A stretch of DNA of 63,534 nt, from NCBI RefSeq assembly GCF_001194135.2, contig NC_068985.1, forward strand, positions 1,679,622 through 1,743,155. Reading direction: 5' to 3'. This DNA comes from Octopus bimaculoides. Taxonomy: Eukaryota. This document shows, one piece after another, positions 1-13,652 of the stretch. Both the position numbers and the translations under genes were made by a program. The stretch's first letter is position 1. The number at the start of each line of letters is the position of its first letter. The notes below the pieces were generated by a model. That model was not told the DNA's origin. It was given only the letters and a program-made list of their open reading frames with translations, and made no database searches.

Positions 1-59
1 ATATATATATATATATATATATACATACATATACATATATATAGATAGATGTATAGATG

Positions 60-90
<31 letters not shown>

Positions 91-1394
91 GTATATTGTG
101 GTATCTGCCATGACTGCAATTTTACCCATCAAACCAAGTAAAGTTGCAGTCATAGCAGATACTGGTGTCACGTAAATGGCACCAGTGCCAGTGCCTTTTA
201 AAAGCACCCACTGTACTCTGAGAGCGGTTGGCATTGGGAAGGGCATCAAGCTGTAGAAACCATAACATATATATCCTTTTATTTGTTTCAGTCGTTAGAC
301 TGTGGCCATGCTGGAGTACTGCCTTAAAGAATATTAGTCAAACAAATTAACTACTGCACTTAATTTATTTTAAGCTTGGTACTTGTTTTATTGATCTCTT
401 TTGCTGAAGCTCAACGTTATGGAAATGTAAACACACCAACAACAATTGCCAAATGGTGGTGGAGAACAAACAGGAACCCAAAGACACACATATATACACA
501 CGTTTATTTACATCCCTGTAACTTAGTGGTTCAGCACAAAGTTACACGGATGTAAACAAACCAACACCAGTACAAGCTTCTTTCAGTTTCCATCTACCAA
601 ATCCAGTCACAGGTTTTGATCAGCCCAAGGCTATAGTAGAAGACACTTGCACAAGGTATCATGCAGTGGGACTGAACCTGGAACTATATTGGTGGGATGC
701 AAGCTTCTTACTACACAGCCATGTCTGTGCCTGTGCTATGCCTATATTGACTGAATTCAATTCTATAGCATGTGTTTTGACTCCAACATATGATTAATTC
801 AATGCAATAGTCATAACAGGTATTCATTTATAGAGAGTTGAAACAGGCTAAAACAATTGTTCAGAGCAGAATATTTGGAAGAGTAGAAAACAAAAGATCT
901 GATTGATATTTCAAAAATTTCATGTGGTTTCCTCTACAGCTGTTTCCTGTGCAGCTGCTTCACATAGGTGGAAGCATTAACAGCTGTATAATTATTATCT
1001 GATAAATATATTAATTAATTTAGCTGAAATTCAATGAGGAAGTTATTTCAATACGGAACATTTTTTAATGTGATTATAAAATCACCATTGGTATTTTAAA
1101 TATAACATACAAATAGAAAGCAAATATAAAACACAAAGTACACAATAAAGAAAATTATAAATATGTATATATATGTGTATGTATGTATACACACCAACAT
1201 ATATGCATGCATAAACACACATTTATATATATGTATGCATAGATACACATACAAAGCAAAATATATATACGTATATACATATACACAAGCAAATATATAC
1301 ACGTATGTCTCCAAATATGTATGCACATATACACTCACATACACAGATACAAAATACTGTAGAAAAATAACGACTGAAAAAAGGTGAAAGAAGG

Positions 1395-1630
1395 AGAGAG
1401 AATGATGATGATGATGATGAAGAGGACGATGATGATGGTGGTGGTGGCAATGGTGGTGGCGGTGGTGGTGAGGATGATGATTATGATGATGATGATGATA
1501 ATGATGGTGATGGTAGTCGTGGTGGTGATGATGATGGTGGTTGTGGTGATGATGGTGATGGTGGTGGTGGTGGTGGTGATGGTGATGAAGAAAATGACGA
1601 CAACAAACAAGATGATGATGATGATGAGTA
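1395..1630. repeat. Degenerate (GAT/GGT)n trinucleotide tract; similar tracts at 49500-50730
   Basis: Direct reading; source of the poly-His/Met/Val pseudo-ORFs. Confidence 0.95.
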
Positions 1631-1857
1631 ATAGACAATAACAAAAAAGAAAAACCATCTCCAGTATGATAACTCACTCATTGATGTATTGATGGTAAGT
1701 AGCATGGAGGCAGTTAGCTTGGTTACAATTAATACAGATTCAACATTTATAATAAATACTTGAAATAAATGGAGTGGGGTCAGAATTAAAATTTACATCT
1801 CCAAATAGTTAGACAAACGCATACGAATGTACATACTTATAGAGAAATGAACACAGA

Positions 1858-1899
<42 letters not shown>

Positions 1900-2466
1900 T
1901 ATGTGTAAGGATAAACACAGAGATACAGAAAAATACAAGACAGATATAAATATATAAACAAATAAAAATAAATAAACAGATATAAACGGATATATATTTA
2001 TATTTAGATATGATTGAGTATTGTAGACACAAAAGATTTAAGAATAAAATTTTGAATAATATAAAAGAAAAATGAAAAGTAAATGGTTAAATGTAAGACA
2101 TTAAAATGATTAAAATGGTAGAAAAGGAACAGAGAAATAAATTCATTATGAAAGAAAACATAAAAATTATCCCAAATAAAGTATACTGCCCTCATGCGTA
2201 AATTATCAGCATCATCATCATCATTACCATCATCATCGTTGCTATTAAGGCAGCAGGCTGGCAGAATGGTTAGCAGCATTTTGTCTGCCGCTATGTTCTG
2301 AGTTCAAATTTCACAGAGGTCGACTTTCTCGTGCATCCTTTCAGGGTCAATTAAATAAGTACCAGTTACACACTGGGGTTAATGTAATTCACTTAATCCC
2401 TCGCACCAAATTTGAGGCCTTGTGCTTCCAGTAGAAAGGATTAATATTATCATTATTAATATTAAT

Positions 2467-2501
<35 letters not shown>

Positions 2502-2826
2502 TATTAACATTATTATTATCATCACCATCATCTTCATTGAGGGTGCATGGCCTTGTGGTTAGGGCGTTGCACTCATGATCATGTGATCATAGTTTCAATT
2601 CCTAGAACGGGTGGAGCGTTGCATTCTTGAGTGAAACACTTTGTCTCTCATTACTCTATGATCCCTTTGACACCTGACACATAGTACACCATGCATACCT
2701 GTTCAGGCAACATCGATTTGATGAAGGGAGCAAGCTCAGGTACAGCACAAACATTCGATCTCTATAAACAAATCATTTGTGCAGCTCATTCGGCAAAAAG
2801 GCTGAACACTCTTATGTTGACTTCAA

Positions 2827-2883
<57 letters not shown>

Positions 2884-3899
2884 TATTGAACACCTTCATC
2901 AAAGTTTGGTACAAGGCTAGCAAACTTGGAGGAAGGGAATAAGTGAATTAAATCAACCCCAGTTTGCAACTGGTATTTATTTTATTGATCCCCCAAAAGG
3001 ATAAAAGGCAAAATCAACCACGATGGAAATTGAACTCAGAACATAAGACAGATGAAATGCCGCTAAGCCTTTTTCCCATGGCCATCATCGTTGTAATTAT
3101 CTAATTTAATAACTTTCATTTCATGTGCATATGTATATACATGTGCAAATATGTGTGCATATGTATATACATGTGTAAATATGTGTGCATATGTATATAC
3201 ATATGCAAATATACACACACACACACACATACATATCTACATTTATATACGCATGTGTCTATATATTTTACTGAATTAATATTTTGGCAAAACAGTTTGA
3301 TTTTGCTAATTTGTATGCAAATTAACAAAAACAGGAATTCTTTGTTAAACCATTTCAATCTGTAAAATATAAATATTTCTGGCACAGTTCTCTTATTTTA
3401 CTTGTATAAACTCCTCTTTGGATTTCTGGCTTCTTTCATCTTTGATTCACTTATTTTCCTGTGGGTATGCTTGTGTGTGTGTACGCTTGTGTGTGTCTGT
3501 ATGCTTGTATGTGTGTATGCTGGTGTGTGTGTGTATGCTGGTGTGTGTGTGTATGCTGGTGTGTGTATGTTTGTGTGTGTGTGTGTGTATTTGTGTGTAT
3601 GCTTGTGTGTATATATGCTGGAGTGTGTGTATCTTTGTGTGTGTGTATCTTTGTGTGTGTGTATCTGTTTATTTGAGTGTGTGTGTGTGTGTGTGTGTGT
3701 GAATGCTTGTATTTGTTTCTTTACTAATGTATATGTGTAAATGTATTTCTCTCTGTTGCTAGTGAGTATATATTCAGAGGAGCATAAAATATTTCTGAAT
3801 TTTGATGGAATCGGTAAGAACAGGAAATGTTTTTAGTTTATTGTAAAAATGTAATTTCTTCAGTCATTGGTTTTCTTTGTCGGTCAAATAATCTTTTGA

Positions 3900-5080
3900 T
3901 CTTGTCACACAGACATCTTTTCTATAATCTCCATTCAAAGACACTATCAGAGAACTGGCATAATTCTTGAAAAATATTAGAAGATATCATTTTCTAAACT
4001 ACAGCTAAACACTATCAATGTAATAGCTGCCCTTATTGCTATTCTTGACAAGAGGGCAACTTGAATATGCTTGAAATGGCTGCCTAATCTGCCTTTAATC
4101 ATATTGTAACAATTTAAGAAAGAAAAGATATATTGGATAATGTCGTCTTGGGTATACTGGACAGACTGGACTGTCGCAGTCTGAAGAGTGTTGGTTCTGT
4201 CTGTTGGGGGGACTTGTTGAGAATATGTATGAAAATATGCTTTTCTAGGCTGCAGGTAGAAATAACTGGACAACATCCACAAACATTTCATAGAAGATTT
4301 TATTTTCATATCACGGAGATGTACTTGCATAGCAAGTGAGCTGATCTGAGATCGTGTGCTGGAACGAAAACAATTGCAGCGTGAAAGGTGTTTATAAGCT
4401 ATTTAAGAAACACACAAAAACCGTTAGATTCACTTCAACATTTAAATTTAATTTGCCAAAGTATTTTCGTCGCTTTGAGACCGCGACCTGTTCACTGACA
4501 AAATTCCGAGATGCAGCACAGAATTTTGTCAGTGAACAGGTCACGGTCTCAAAGCGATGAAAATATTTTGGCAAATCAAATTTAAATATTGAAATGAATC
4601 TAACGGTTTTTGTGTGTTTCTTAAATGGCTTATAAACACCTTTCACGCTGCAATTGTTTTATTTTCATACATAAAGACAAAACTACATTCGTCTTTTCCA
4701 GCAATAATTACATTCTTGGAGAAAGATACTGCCTGGAATTTACAACAACATGTGGCTTGCATATTGTAACTGGAAAGAATTGTGCTACATTTGTGGTGAT
4801 GGAGGTTCCTGTCATCTATTTGTGCCATGTATCTTGGCTGCCTTCTTGGGTCATCTGGTTCCTAAGACTGTGTAAATGGTTTTTATAAGGAACTGGAAGT
4901 CAAATTCTAGAATGTTTGAGAAGACCTGTCCACATTATTGGTTGGTCAATAGACCAATCACATGGAACTATGGTGGTTTTCTCATGATGCCTGACTGCAT
5001 ATCCAGGGATTCAGTTTCATATCCCCATTACTCAATGGTCATTGCTGCTGCATCTTCCATTGACAGTTAACTGGATTGGA
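3900..5080 (-). mobile_element. Possible ancient LINE (APE endonuclease region) remnant, interrupted by the 4367-4660 palindrome
   Basis: Only faint relics (AQID..; N..G..F..); non-repetitive composition with many stops. Confidence 0.3.
4367..4660. repeat. 294-bp foldback palindrome (MITE-like)
   Basis: Arms of about 140 bp, from aaaacaattgcagcgtgaaaggtg to cacctttcacgctgcaattgtttt; loop of about 13 nt at 4508-4520; ORFs 4354(+) and 4392(-) are near mirror images. Confidence 0.95.
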
Positions 5081-6025
5081 ACTGACCTGGGGCTAAACCA
5101 TAGCAACAACTAAGGACATTTATCTAAATATTTTATACAAAGTTACTCTCTGGGATCAGCGTCTATGGAGCCAAATGACCTGCTAGAAATAGCAGCCAAA
5201 TCCCTCCCTCAATGCATACCCTAATTTCTTCCGGAAAACGAAGACATTACGATGATATGGTCTGAGATTAAACTTTCTGACAAGAGATGTAATGAAGCAT
5301 CAGTAATCATACATTTACTTGACCAGAGATGACCTGTAGCTAAACAACAAAGGACATGATGGACGATGTTGTCGTTAGATGCCTGTCTTCTTGATCAAGA
5401 CTGATCTACCACTAACGAACTATTATTACTGATTCACTGTTGCTGTCTCTGTTCATTTTTAATTTACAACCAATATTTACCTAAAATCGTAATCATTGTA
5501 ACCACCTGGCTGTGAGCTCAATCCTACGCCATGGAACACTGAGCAGGTGTCCTTTACAATAGCCCAAGGCTAACCAATGCCCTCCGAGGGGAAGCTATGG
5601 TGATAAATATTCATCCTGCTTCTCCTTTGTTGTTGATCTAATATTTATGTCATTCACATGATGTGTTTGTCTTCTATGACAGGACATTTCTTATTCAATG
5701 GCCTTTTGTTGCATTAGCTGAATCTTGTATTATGTATAATCGGTCGGGTACGTGTGTGTATTTTAGTGTGTGTGCATGGATGTGTGTGGATGTGTGTGCA
5801 TGTACATGTGTACATGAGTGTGTGCGTCCCTTCTACTTATTTACTTAATATATTTTGCTTCTCTAACTTTACACACATACACACATGCACTTTCCCACAA
5901 TTACACACACACACACACATTAACATAGTTGATGTAGATATTTCTTTTCATCCTTATTCAGAGTTCTTTATCCTCACTTAACACATTCGTGGACAAGATG
6001 TTTAGTAAAGACAAAGAAATCCTGT

Positions 6026-6058
<33 letters not shown>

Positions 6059-6854
6059 TAACATCCGTTTTCCATGCTGGCATGGGTTGTATGGCTTGAG
6101 AGGAGCTGGCCAACCAGAAAGCTGCAGCCAGCTCCATTTGTCTGTTTTGGGATGGTGTCTATAGCTGGATGCTCTTCCTAATGCCAACCCCTTTACAGGG
6201 TGGCACTGGGTGCTTTTTATGTGGCACTGGCACTGCCACACCTGTCAATGAAGACTGTGGCTATCCAGGTGAACTGATGCATATTGTTTCATATAAATAC
6301 ATATTGTTGCTAGGGCCATGGATTGGCTCCTATGCTAATGGCATGTGAAAAGCACCATTCGAGCATGATGGTTGCCAGAGTCGACCTTCCAGCACATGTG
6401 CCAGTGGCATGTGAAAAACAACATTCGAGCAAGGTCATTGCCAGTGCCACTGGACTGGTTCCCATCCAGGTAGCACATAAAATACACCATTTTGAGCGTG
6501 GTCATTGCCAGTACTGCCTAACTGGCCCTTGTGCCAGTGGCACGTAAAAGCACTCACTACATTCTTGGAGTGGTTGGCGTTAGGAAGGGCATCCAGCTGT
6601 AGAAACTTCGCCAAATCAGATTGAACCTGGTGCAGTCATCTGGTTTCACCAGTCCTCAGTCAAACCGTCCAACCCATGCTAGCATGAAAAGCGGACGTTA
6701 AACGATGATGATGATGATGATGATGATGATTGTTTTAGGTATAATTCAGTACTTTTTTCATTTGGATTTTAAATTCAAACTTCTGTGTGTGTATATCATA
6801 CATACCCATATGCACACAGGTGCACAAATACGCACATACATACATACATACATA

Positions 6855-7010
6855 CAAGTTCAGATTTATACCTGTAATTATTGGGGCCCTGAGATATGTA
6901 ACACACTGCCTAAATACCAATCTTGAGAAATTAGGCTTCTCAAAACCAGAAAAGAGAAAGCTAATTCAAAGACTACAAATGCAATCCATTACCAGAACTG
7001 TAATGTAATG
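6855..7010 (+). mobile_element. 3' fragment of an R4/Dong-like LINE ORF
   Basis: ORF 6787-7008 contains YKFRFIPVIIGALRYVTHCLNTNLEKLG..LQMQSITRTV, the C-terminal PxIIGALG motif of RLE LINEs. Confidence 0.7.
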
Positions 7011-7164
7011 TAGCAGTTTAGCAAAAGAGGCCAATAGAACAAGTCTTAGACTTAAAAATACATATACAGGGTCGATTCATTCAACAGAAAATTCTTCAAG
7101 GTAGTGCCCCAGTATGGCCACAGTCCAATGACTGAAACAAGTAAAAGATGAAAGACAAAAGGTA

Positions 7165-8030
7165 ATGTTGTACACCAACAATTATTGTGGATTTGTAACA
7201 GGGTGGAAGATGAACTGCCATTTTTAAAGCAATTCTCCATAAATATTCTTCTTCTTCCTATTTGGAAATGGTAGAAGTTTTGCTGGGAATATTCCCCCAA
7301 TATTCCGTCAGTTGCTATGTTTTTAATAACAGAGCTGTTGTTTATATTTATCTGAAGGCAATCTCTTCTGTGGAGGGCCTTGTATATTGTTTTAGCAACA
7401 TCATGTTGTAATGGCAGATAATATTGTGATGACATTTTTCGACAGCAGCTGATTTACATGTGTTATATCTTCCACAGAAGAGTCGTATAGTTGACATTTA
7501 TGTTTATATCTTGGGAGTTTAAGAGTTTCATTGTCTTATTTGTTCATTAGATATTTCATAGCTATTTCCTGCTCTTGGATTGCAAAAGAATAATGTTCGA
7601 GCTGTGACATGATGCAATAGTCATGAGTCCAAAAGATTCTACACTTTACGTTAATATTATCATCCTGCCTAAATTTACTGGAAACATATCCATACATCAC
7701 TTGTTTTTCTTTTTCTTTTCTTGTGGTATACAGCATGTTTCTCTTCCAAATCTTTACTGAAGTTTGCTAATCCTGTACTTCTGCATTCATGTGAGATATC
7801 ATCACCAGGTGAATAAATTTTGGAGAGTTACCTTGTTAACCCACAGGATGTTATTCAATTTGTTTTTAAGGACTTCATGCATTTATTTTTGTAGCTGTTG
7901 TTTAGTGATTGCCTCTGGATGACAGCCTTTGCCTCACAAAGCTGTCTGCATTGACCTTAAGCCTTTACCTCCCTCTTTTTGCAATCAAGCCTGTCAATAT
8001 CACCGTTTCTATATTCTATAGAAGTTTGCA
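7165..8030 (-). mobile_element. Decayed R4/Dong-like LINE remnant (RT C-terminus, zinc knuckle)
   Basis: Fragments GDIDRL..KRGGKGLRSMQ, FAIQEQEIAMKYL and ED ITHV..C.KMSSQYYLPLQHDVAKTIY; many stops and frameshifts. Confidence 0.7.
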
Positions 8031-8275
8031 TCCCTGTAACTTAGTGGTTCAGCAAAGGAGACCAATAAGATAAGTATCAGATTTAGAAATCATTTAGTAC
8101 TGGGTTTGATTCGTTCAACTGAAATACTGAAGGTGGTGCTCCAGAATGACCCTAGTCTAATGACTGAGACAAGTAAAACAGTGAAAGAATAAAAGGGTGT
8201 GAAGAAAAAAGAAACCAGGAAGTGATACCCCGTTTAGGGGAAGTCCATTGATAGGTTTATGGGAAACTAAAGATT

Positions 8276-8310
<35 letters not shown>

Positions 8311-8319
<9 letters not shown>

Positions 8320-8617
8320 GAATATACAAAAAAAACAAAAAACGAAGACGGGTGTGTAAATAACAAAGAGATGTATTAGTTTAATGCTCGGGAAGTGAGA
8401 GTCATTTACGTTTCAAGCCTATGCTCTTCGACAGAAAGGAACACGAGTAAATAAACAGGGAGTGAAAATATAAAACGGTATAATGGCTAGATTCCAGGTA
8501 GAATAGTCCAAGAAAAGTTTGAAGTGGAGGTGGAGACAGGATAAAACTGGTGCAACCACGTGAACGCGTGATATATAGTGAGAATTTACAAAAAACAAAA
8601 GACAAAGATGAGTGTAT
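8311..8617 (-). mobile_element. Short element with about 45-bp direct terminal repeats between (TA)n tracts; Penelope-terminal-like
   Basis: tatagtgagaat.tacaaaaaa..aaa..aaga.g.gtgt at 8311 and 8574; related to 42145-42330; carries a gaagagc..gctt/cgaaacgta motif on the minus strand. Confidence 0.55.
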
Positions 8618-9143
8618 ATATATATATACATATATACAGAATTTTATCGAGGAAAAGTATGTAAAATATTTTTAACGGAAGAAATTATGAAAATATTTTC
8701 AGAAAAATATTCTGAAAAATACAGGAAATATTTGAAATTGTCCTGAGTTTTGATTGAAAATTGATAGAGGCTGTTTTTGTCAATAAGGAAGAGTGGGCAT
8801 ATTTACTACTCCTGCATTCGTATGGAAAGTGTAGAAAATTAATGATACAAAGAATTATTGTGAGAAAGATTGTCGTGAAAAAATTTTTTCATGTAAATTT
8901 GTCAATTAGACTTACTAGTTTAGTACTAGTTTGGATGAGTAAATAATTTTATTTGACTAACACTTGTCCATTCACCAACATGTTTGTTTGATCATACACT
9001 CATGCACATGGCTGTATATGCAGGTTTATGTGCTTTTGTGACAGTTTTATTTCTTGTTTCCTTATGCAATACACATCGAAGTTGATTCCCAAAAATTAGT
9101 AAAATTACTTCAGAAAACTAGATATATAAGCTTTTTTTGTTAG

Positions 9144-9204
9144 GCCAAGTCTCTGATCTGAAGATAATCCCCTTTCCTTTCACCATTATGGAGGCTCTGG
9201 AAAG
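9144..9204 (+). CDS. Candidate internal exon of unidentified host gene (xQVSDLKIIPFPFTIMEALE-R)
   Basis: Acceptor ctttttttgttag, donor aag|gtttta; 61 nt, phase 1 in / phase 2 out; joins in frame to 10635-10660. Confidence 0.4.
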
Positions 9205-9924
9205 GTTTTACTTCTTTCTCTGACTAAGCCATCGCAACCAAAAATACAAATACATATACTCTGTGTTTCGAGTAGCAGACAGTAGCTTGGTACGACAAGA
9301 CATCAGACTAACCAAAACGACTCTAGAATTCATATGTGCAGCATGCATAGTTGATGCATGTATCACACTTAATTAATAGGAATTGCTAAGCTGTATGTTA
9401 CAGCAGTAAGCTTTGTCATTACCTTGAGAATAATCTAATGAGAATAAAAGTCAAATTTGAAGACATCCGCAGTAAATCTGATGTGAAGTTATTCAGGTGT
9501 TCACGTGTCATATTTCTGTCAAATTTTCTTACCAAACTAATTATGATAAACAGCAAATATTGTTAGACACAGCTGAATGAGACCTGTCTGAGTTGATGAG
9601 GGATTCTTCAACAACTTTTCTAATTTGTCCTACATGGTATCTCATTAGTTGTAGAATTTTGTGTAGTCACATCAGGTAAAGGTGACTCCCCAAGCTTTTA
9701 TCATTGTCTTCAGAGACAGATTACAATAAAAGGCCAAATACAATACACAGAGTGTTGCATGGCAATTATAATTTCCACTCTCGTTTTGCATTGATATTTT
9801 GAAATATCTTGCTAACTTTTTGTTTGCTATAAGAAAAAAAAAAACAAACATATTTTGTTATGTTGATATCTGAAACAATTCTGATTAGTTAATGTGTCAT
9901 CTCTCTTAACAAATAAATGCTATT

Positions 9925-10255
9925 CAGGTGATGAGCTGGTAGAATCGTTAGCATGCCAGGCAAAATGCTTAACAGTATTTCGTTAGCTGTTACGTTCTGA
10001 GTTCAAAATCCACCGAGGTCGACTTTGCCTTTCATCCTTTCGGGGTCGATTGAATAAGTTCCAGTTATGCACTGGAGTCAATGTAATCGATTTAATCCCT
10101 TTCTCTGTCCTTGTTTGTCCCCTCCATGTTTAGTTCCCTGTGGACAATAAAGAAATATGTAAAATAAGTACCAGTTGAGTACTGGGGTTAATGTAATCAA
10201 CTTAACCCTTCCCTTGGTATTGCAGGCCTTGTGCCTAAATATGAAACCAATATCA
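9925..10255 (+). mobile_element. SINE family B with duplicated tail. Other copies at about 2245-2445(+), 2925-3075(-), 25340-25960(-, three), 28110-28320(+), 40810-41020(-), 43970-44070(-), 45745-45945(+), 54802-55020(+)
   Basis: Head ggcgagctggcagaa..ttagc, B-box-like gagttcaaat, conserved core gactttgcctttcatcctttcggggtcgat..aagtaccag. Confidence 0.85.
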
Positions 10256-10634
10256 AGACTGTGGGGCAAGATGCGATTTACAAGGGATGTCATTTCTACT
10301 TCTAGCACATCAAGCAACCTTTAAAAATTTCTCTCACACATAATTGCTTGACTAAACATATTAAAACTACTTTGTCTGATCCTTACAAGGGAACTTCTAT
10401 GAGGATGCTTGGCTTACAAGAAATAGAAACCAAATCTCTTAAACTACAGCTGGCCTTTGAGCCTAAATGTTTGTTTATTCAGCTTCAGAAGATATTTTCT
10501 CTATTATCAAGTAAATTGTTTTTTAATGTCAATAAATACTTGAATGAAAGATATTCGAAAATAGAAACTGAGCCAAGAAGCAAAGCTTCCCCTGGTTTTT
10601 CAACCTGCAAGAAGTTTCACCAAAGTTTTTCCAG

Positions 10635-10660
10635 ACACTATCCTACTGTCCTGAAAATAG
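10635..10660 (+). CDS. Candidate 26-nt micro-exon (R-HYPTVLKI-A); may instead be the 3' end of a longer exon within ORF 10348-10677
   Basis: Acceptor gtttttccag, donor atag|gtagat; phase 2 in / phase 1 out; joins in frame to 13653-13722. Confidence 0.4.
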
Positions 10661-11723
10661 GTAGATATACAGGATAAAATAATACTTAATATAATATGGA
10701 AGAAAAGAAGACAAGATCGTCTCTCTTTGAATGGCTCGTTGGACGATATTTTTGTTAGACAGAAATATTTTCCCAACCACATGCAAATGCCAAATGGAAT
10801 CATGAACAAACATCTACAAAATGGTCTTTCAAACAAAATAATTTACAAATATTCCAGAAAAATACACTACCTTACAGGGATATAACAATGGCAACAAGAA
10901 CATCAACAGTGAAAATAGAAAATCTCATTATTATCTCTCAACTCAAATACACAGGTTTGCATAAAATACATTTAAGAAACACAGGTCAAAAATAAACTTT
11001 GTATACATGACTCAAAAAAATTTGTTTTTTAATTCTGAAATACATTAATAGCATTATAAACACTTTTATAGAGTTAAATGATTTCATACCAGACAACACA
11101 CATGGCATTCAAATAAGAATAATTCAGAAAACATTCTCACTACAGTCAGAGAGAATATATAACGTTCAAGTGCAGCCTACACAGATCAGACCAGACAAAC
11201 CCTTTACAAATCGATGGCTTTTTTTAACAAATACAAAAACTCTCATACTGTTTATACATATCACAAATGATATTCAGCATTGGGAATACAAGATTTTAAA
11301 ATAAAAACTAACATCACAAATAACATTGATATAATACATTCACACACATTATGCCACAGTGGAAAATGAACGTCAAGTGGTGATTGTGATGAGGATAATG
11401 ACGATGAAAATACAAACACACACACACACACTCACACAAAAGAAGTTTATAAACTTTCAAGATAATTCCTTTTTTCATGGAATATCTCAAAAGCACACAC
11501 ATCAAACTCTAAATAATAACATGCAAATATCAGGTTGAAAAACACACTTTGGATAGAAAGAGTGGAAGGCAGCTTTTGGCTTTGTCTGTCCCGAAGAGTT
11601 TGCAAAAGCAATTATTTATAGCTTCGTCCTTATGTCTTGAGATATTTCAAAACTGAATATGTGTGCATGTATACACACACACAAACACACACACACACAC
11701 ACACATACACACACAAACACACA

Positions 11724-11817
<94 letters not shown>

Positions 11818-11839
11818 TGCATGCACATATACACAACTA

Positions 11840-12047
11840 GGGTACTGAAAAGTTCCTGGTTTGGGGTAAAAGAAAATAGAGGAGGAACAGTTAATCATGA
11901 TTTTATTCAACATATCCCTCTCTCACATTCACACATTTACTGCAGCAGTCCTTCAGGTTTCCTAAGCCCTGTAAAAGAACTCAGAAGGTTGGGTCTCCAA
12001 CCAGGCCTTTTGCGATACCCTTAAAGCCAGAAAATTTTCAGAATCCC
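11840..12047. mobile_element. Mariner-type MITE
   Basis: Imperfect TIRs gggtactgaaaagttcctgg / ccagaaaattttcagaatccc share the AAAAGTTCCTGG core of the mariner TIR at 32340. Confidence 0.6.
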
Positions 12048-12744
12048 GAACAGCGAAAGAAACAAATAGAGAAACGAGACAGGCAACATAAAGAACATTC
12101 CCTTCATCAGTTGTCCCCTGTTTTATCTACTGCATTTCGAACGTAGAGACAAGATGTGACTTTGTTAAAACAGTCATTCTCACAAAGCAAATTTTAAAAA
12201 ATTGGAAGGTTAAAGTGGTGACAAAAACAGGACAGTAAGAACAAGACAGTATGCAATTTTATCTCCTTCTCTTGTTCTTCTTCCTTTCTGTTTTTCTCTC
12301 CCACCCTTTCCCTATTCTTCTCCTCTCCTCTTTACCATTCCTTCTCTCTCTCTCTCTCTCTCTCACTCTTCCTCCTTGACTCTTTGTTGCTCACACATGA
12401 CCAACGGCTATCTATCTTTCTTTTTTCCACTTTCTTCCTAAAGACAAGACTTGCTTTTGCCTGTTTCTTCTCAAAGCTCATTTTTCCAGCGTTCAACGCT
12501 TCACCTCGTTATGGTTTAACAGCCTTCACCGTTTGTTTTTACTGTCTTGTTCTTACTGTCCTGTTTTTGTCACCACTTTAACCTTCCAATTTTTTAAAAT
12601 TTGCTTTGTGAGAATGACTGTTTTAACAAAGTCACATCTTGTCTCTACGTTCGAAATGCAGTAGATAAAACAGGGGACAACTGATGAAGGGAATGTTCTT
12701 TATGTTGCCTGTCTCGTTTCTCTATTTGTTTCTTTCGCTGTTCG
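12047..12744. repeat. Inverted repeat: two 204-bp arms (12047-12250, 12541-12744), 290-bp spacer; Penelope-like terminal sequence
   Basis: No mismatch found when the arms were read against each other by eye; contains ctgatgaaggg. Confidence 0.92.
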
Positions 12745-13162
12745 AAGAAAATGTTCATTTTCCATGTTTTTGTTTTTTATGTTCTCGTTTCAAATTTTGT
12801 TCATGTTTCTTTGACGTCCTGTACCCATATATGCATGTGTATGTACATATATGTGTAGGTATGTACATATATGTATGTATATGTGCATATATATATATTG
12901 TTTATATTGTTTATATTATATATATACACATTATATATATATACATAAATATATATATATATATCATCATCATCATCATCATCATCATCGTTTAACGTCC
13001 GCTTTCCATGCTAGCATGGGTTGGACGATTTGACTGAGGACTGGTGAAACCGGATGGCAACACCAGGCTCCAGTCTGATTTGGCAGAGTTTCTACAGCTG
13101 GATGCCCTTCCTAACGCCAACCACTCAGAGAGTGTAGTGGGTGCTTTTACGTGTCACCCGCA

Positions 13163-13217
<55 letters not shown>

Positions 13218-13451
13218 TATACATATACATATACATATATATATATACAAGAGTTAAGAAATGGAATTTCATTTTCCCCATTTCCTTGTCTTCTACACAC
13301 CATTCACTAGATTAGGAACAAGTGATATATAAATGTAGGATCCAAGGATCAACGTGTAGGAAAAAAGTCAGCTTCAAGCAATCCGTAGTGAATATAAGAA
13401 ATGACTTTCAGGGACAATATTGGTTTATTGGGAGGGAAGGTTGTGGATTTT

Positions 13452-13640
13452 TTGTATCGAAGAATGATAAACTGAAAAAAGTTCTTTATATATTTCACAG
13501 TGGGTGACCAGGGTTTCCAGGAATGTGAATAAGAATACAGATTTAACTCTTGTGTTCTTATTCACATATACGGCAACCCTGGTTGCCTACTGTGAAATGT
13601 AAAAAGAACTTTTTTCAGTTTGTCATACTTCAATACAAAA
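13452..13640. repeat. Imperfect palindrome of about 190 bp
   Basis: tgataaactgaaaaaagttctt..cacagtgggtgaccagggtttcc..atgtgaataagaa pairs with ttcttattcacat..ggcaaccctggttgcctactgtg..aagaacttttttcagtttgtca. Confidence 0.85.
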
Positions 13641-13652
13641 TTATTGTAACAG

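Noticed and set aside
1096-1705. Poly-His, poly-Met/Val and poly-Pro/Ser ORFs
   Set aside because: Translations of a degenerate (GAT/GGT)n tract that is open in several frames on both strands; the same applies to 49379-50886
8405-8440. Hammerhead-like motif (also 42218-42252)
   Set aside because: The core lacks C3, extra bases precede GAAA so G8/A9 would be paired, and stem I is unclear; kept only as a PLE-like signature
8788-8819. Further upstream micro-exon KSGHIYYSCI
   Set aside because: Phase-compatible but only 32 nt with a weak acceptor; too likely to be chance
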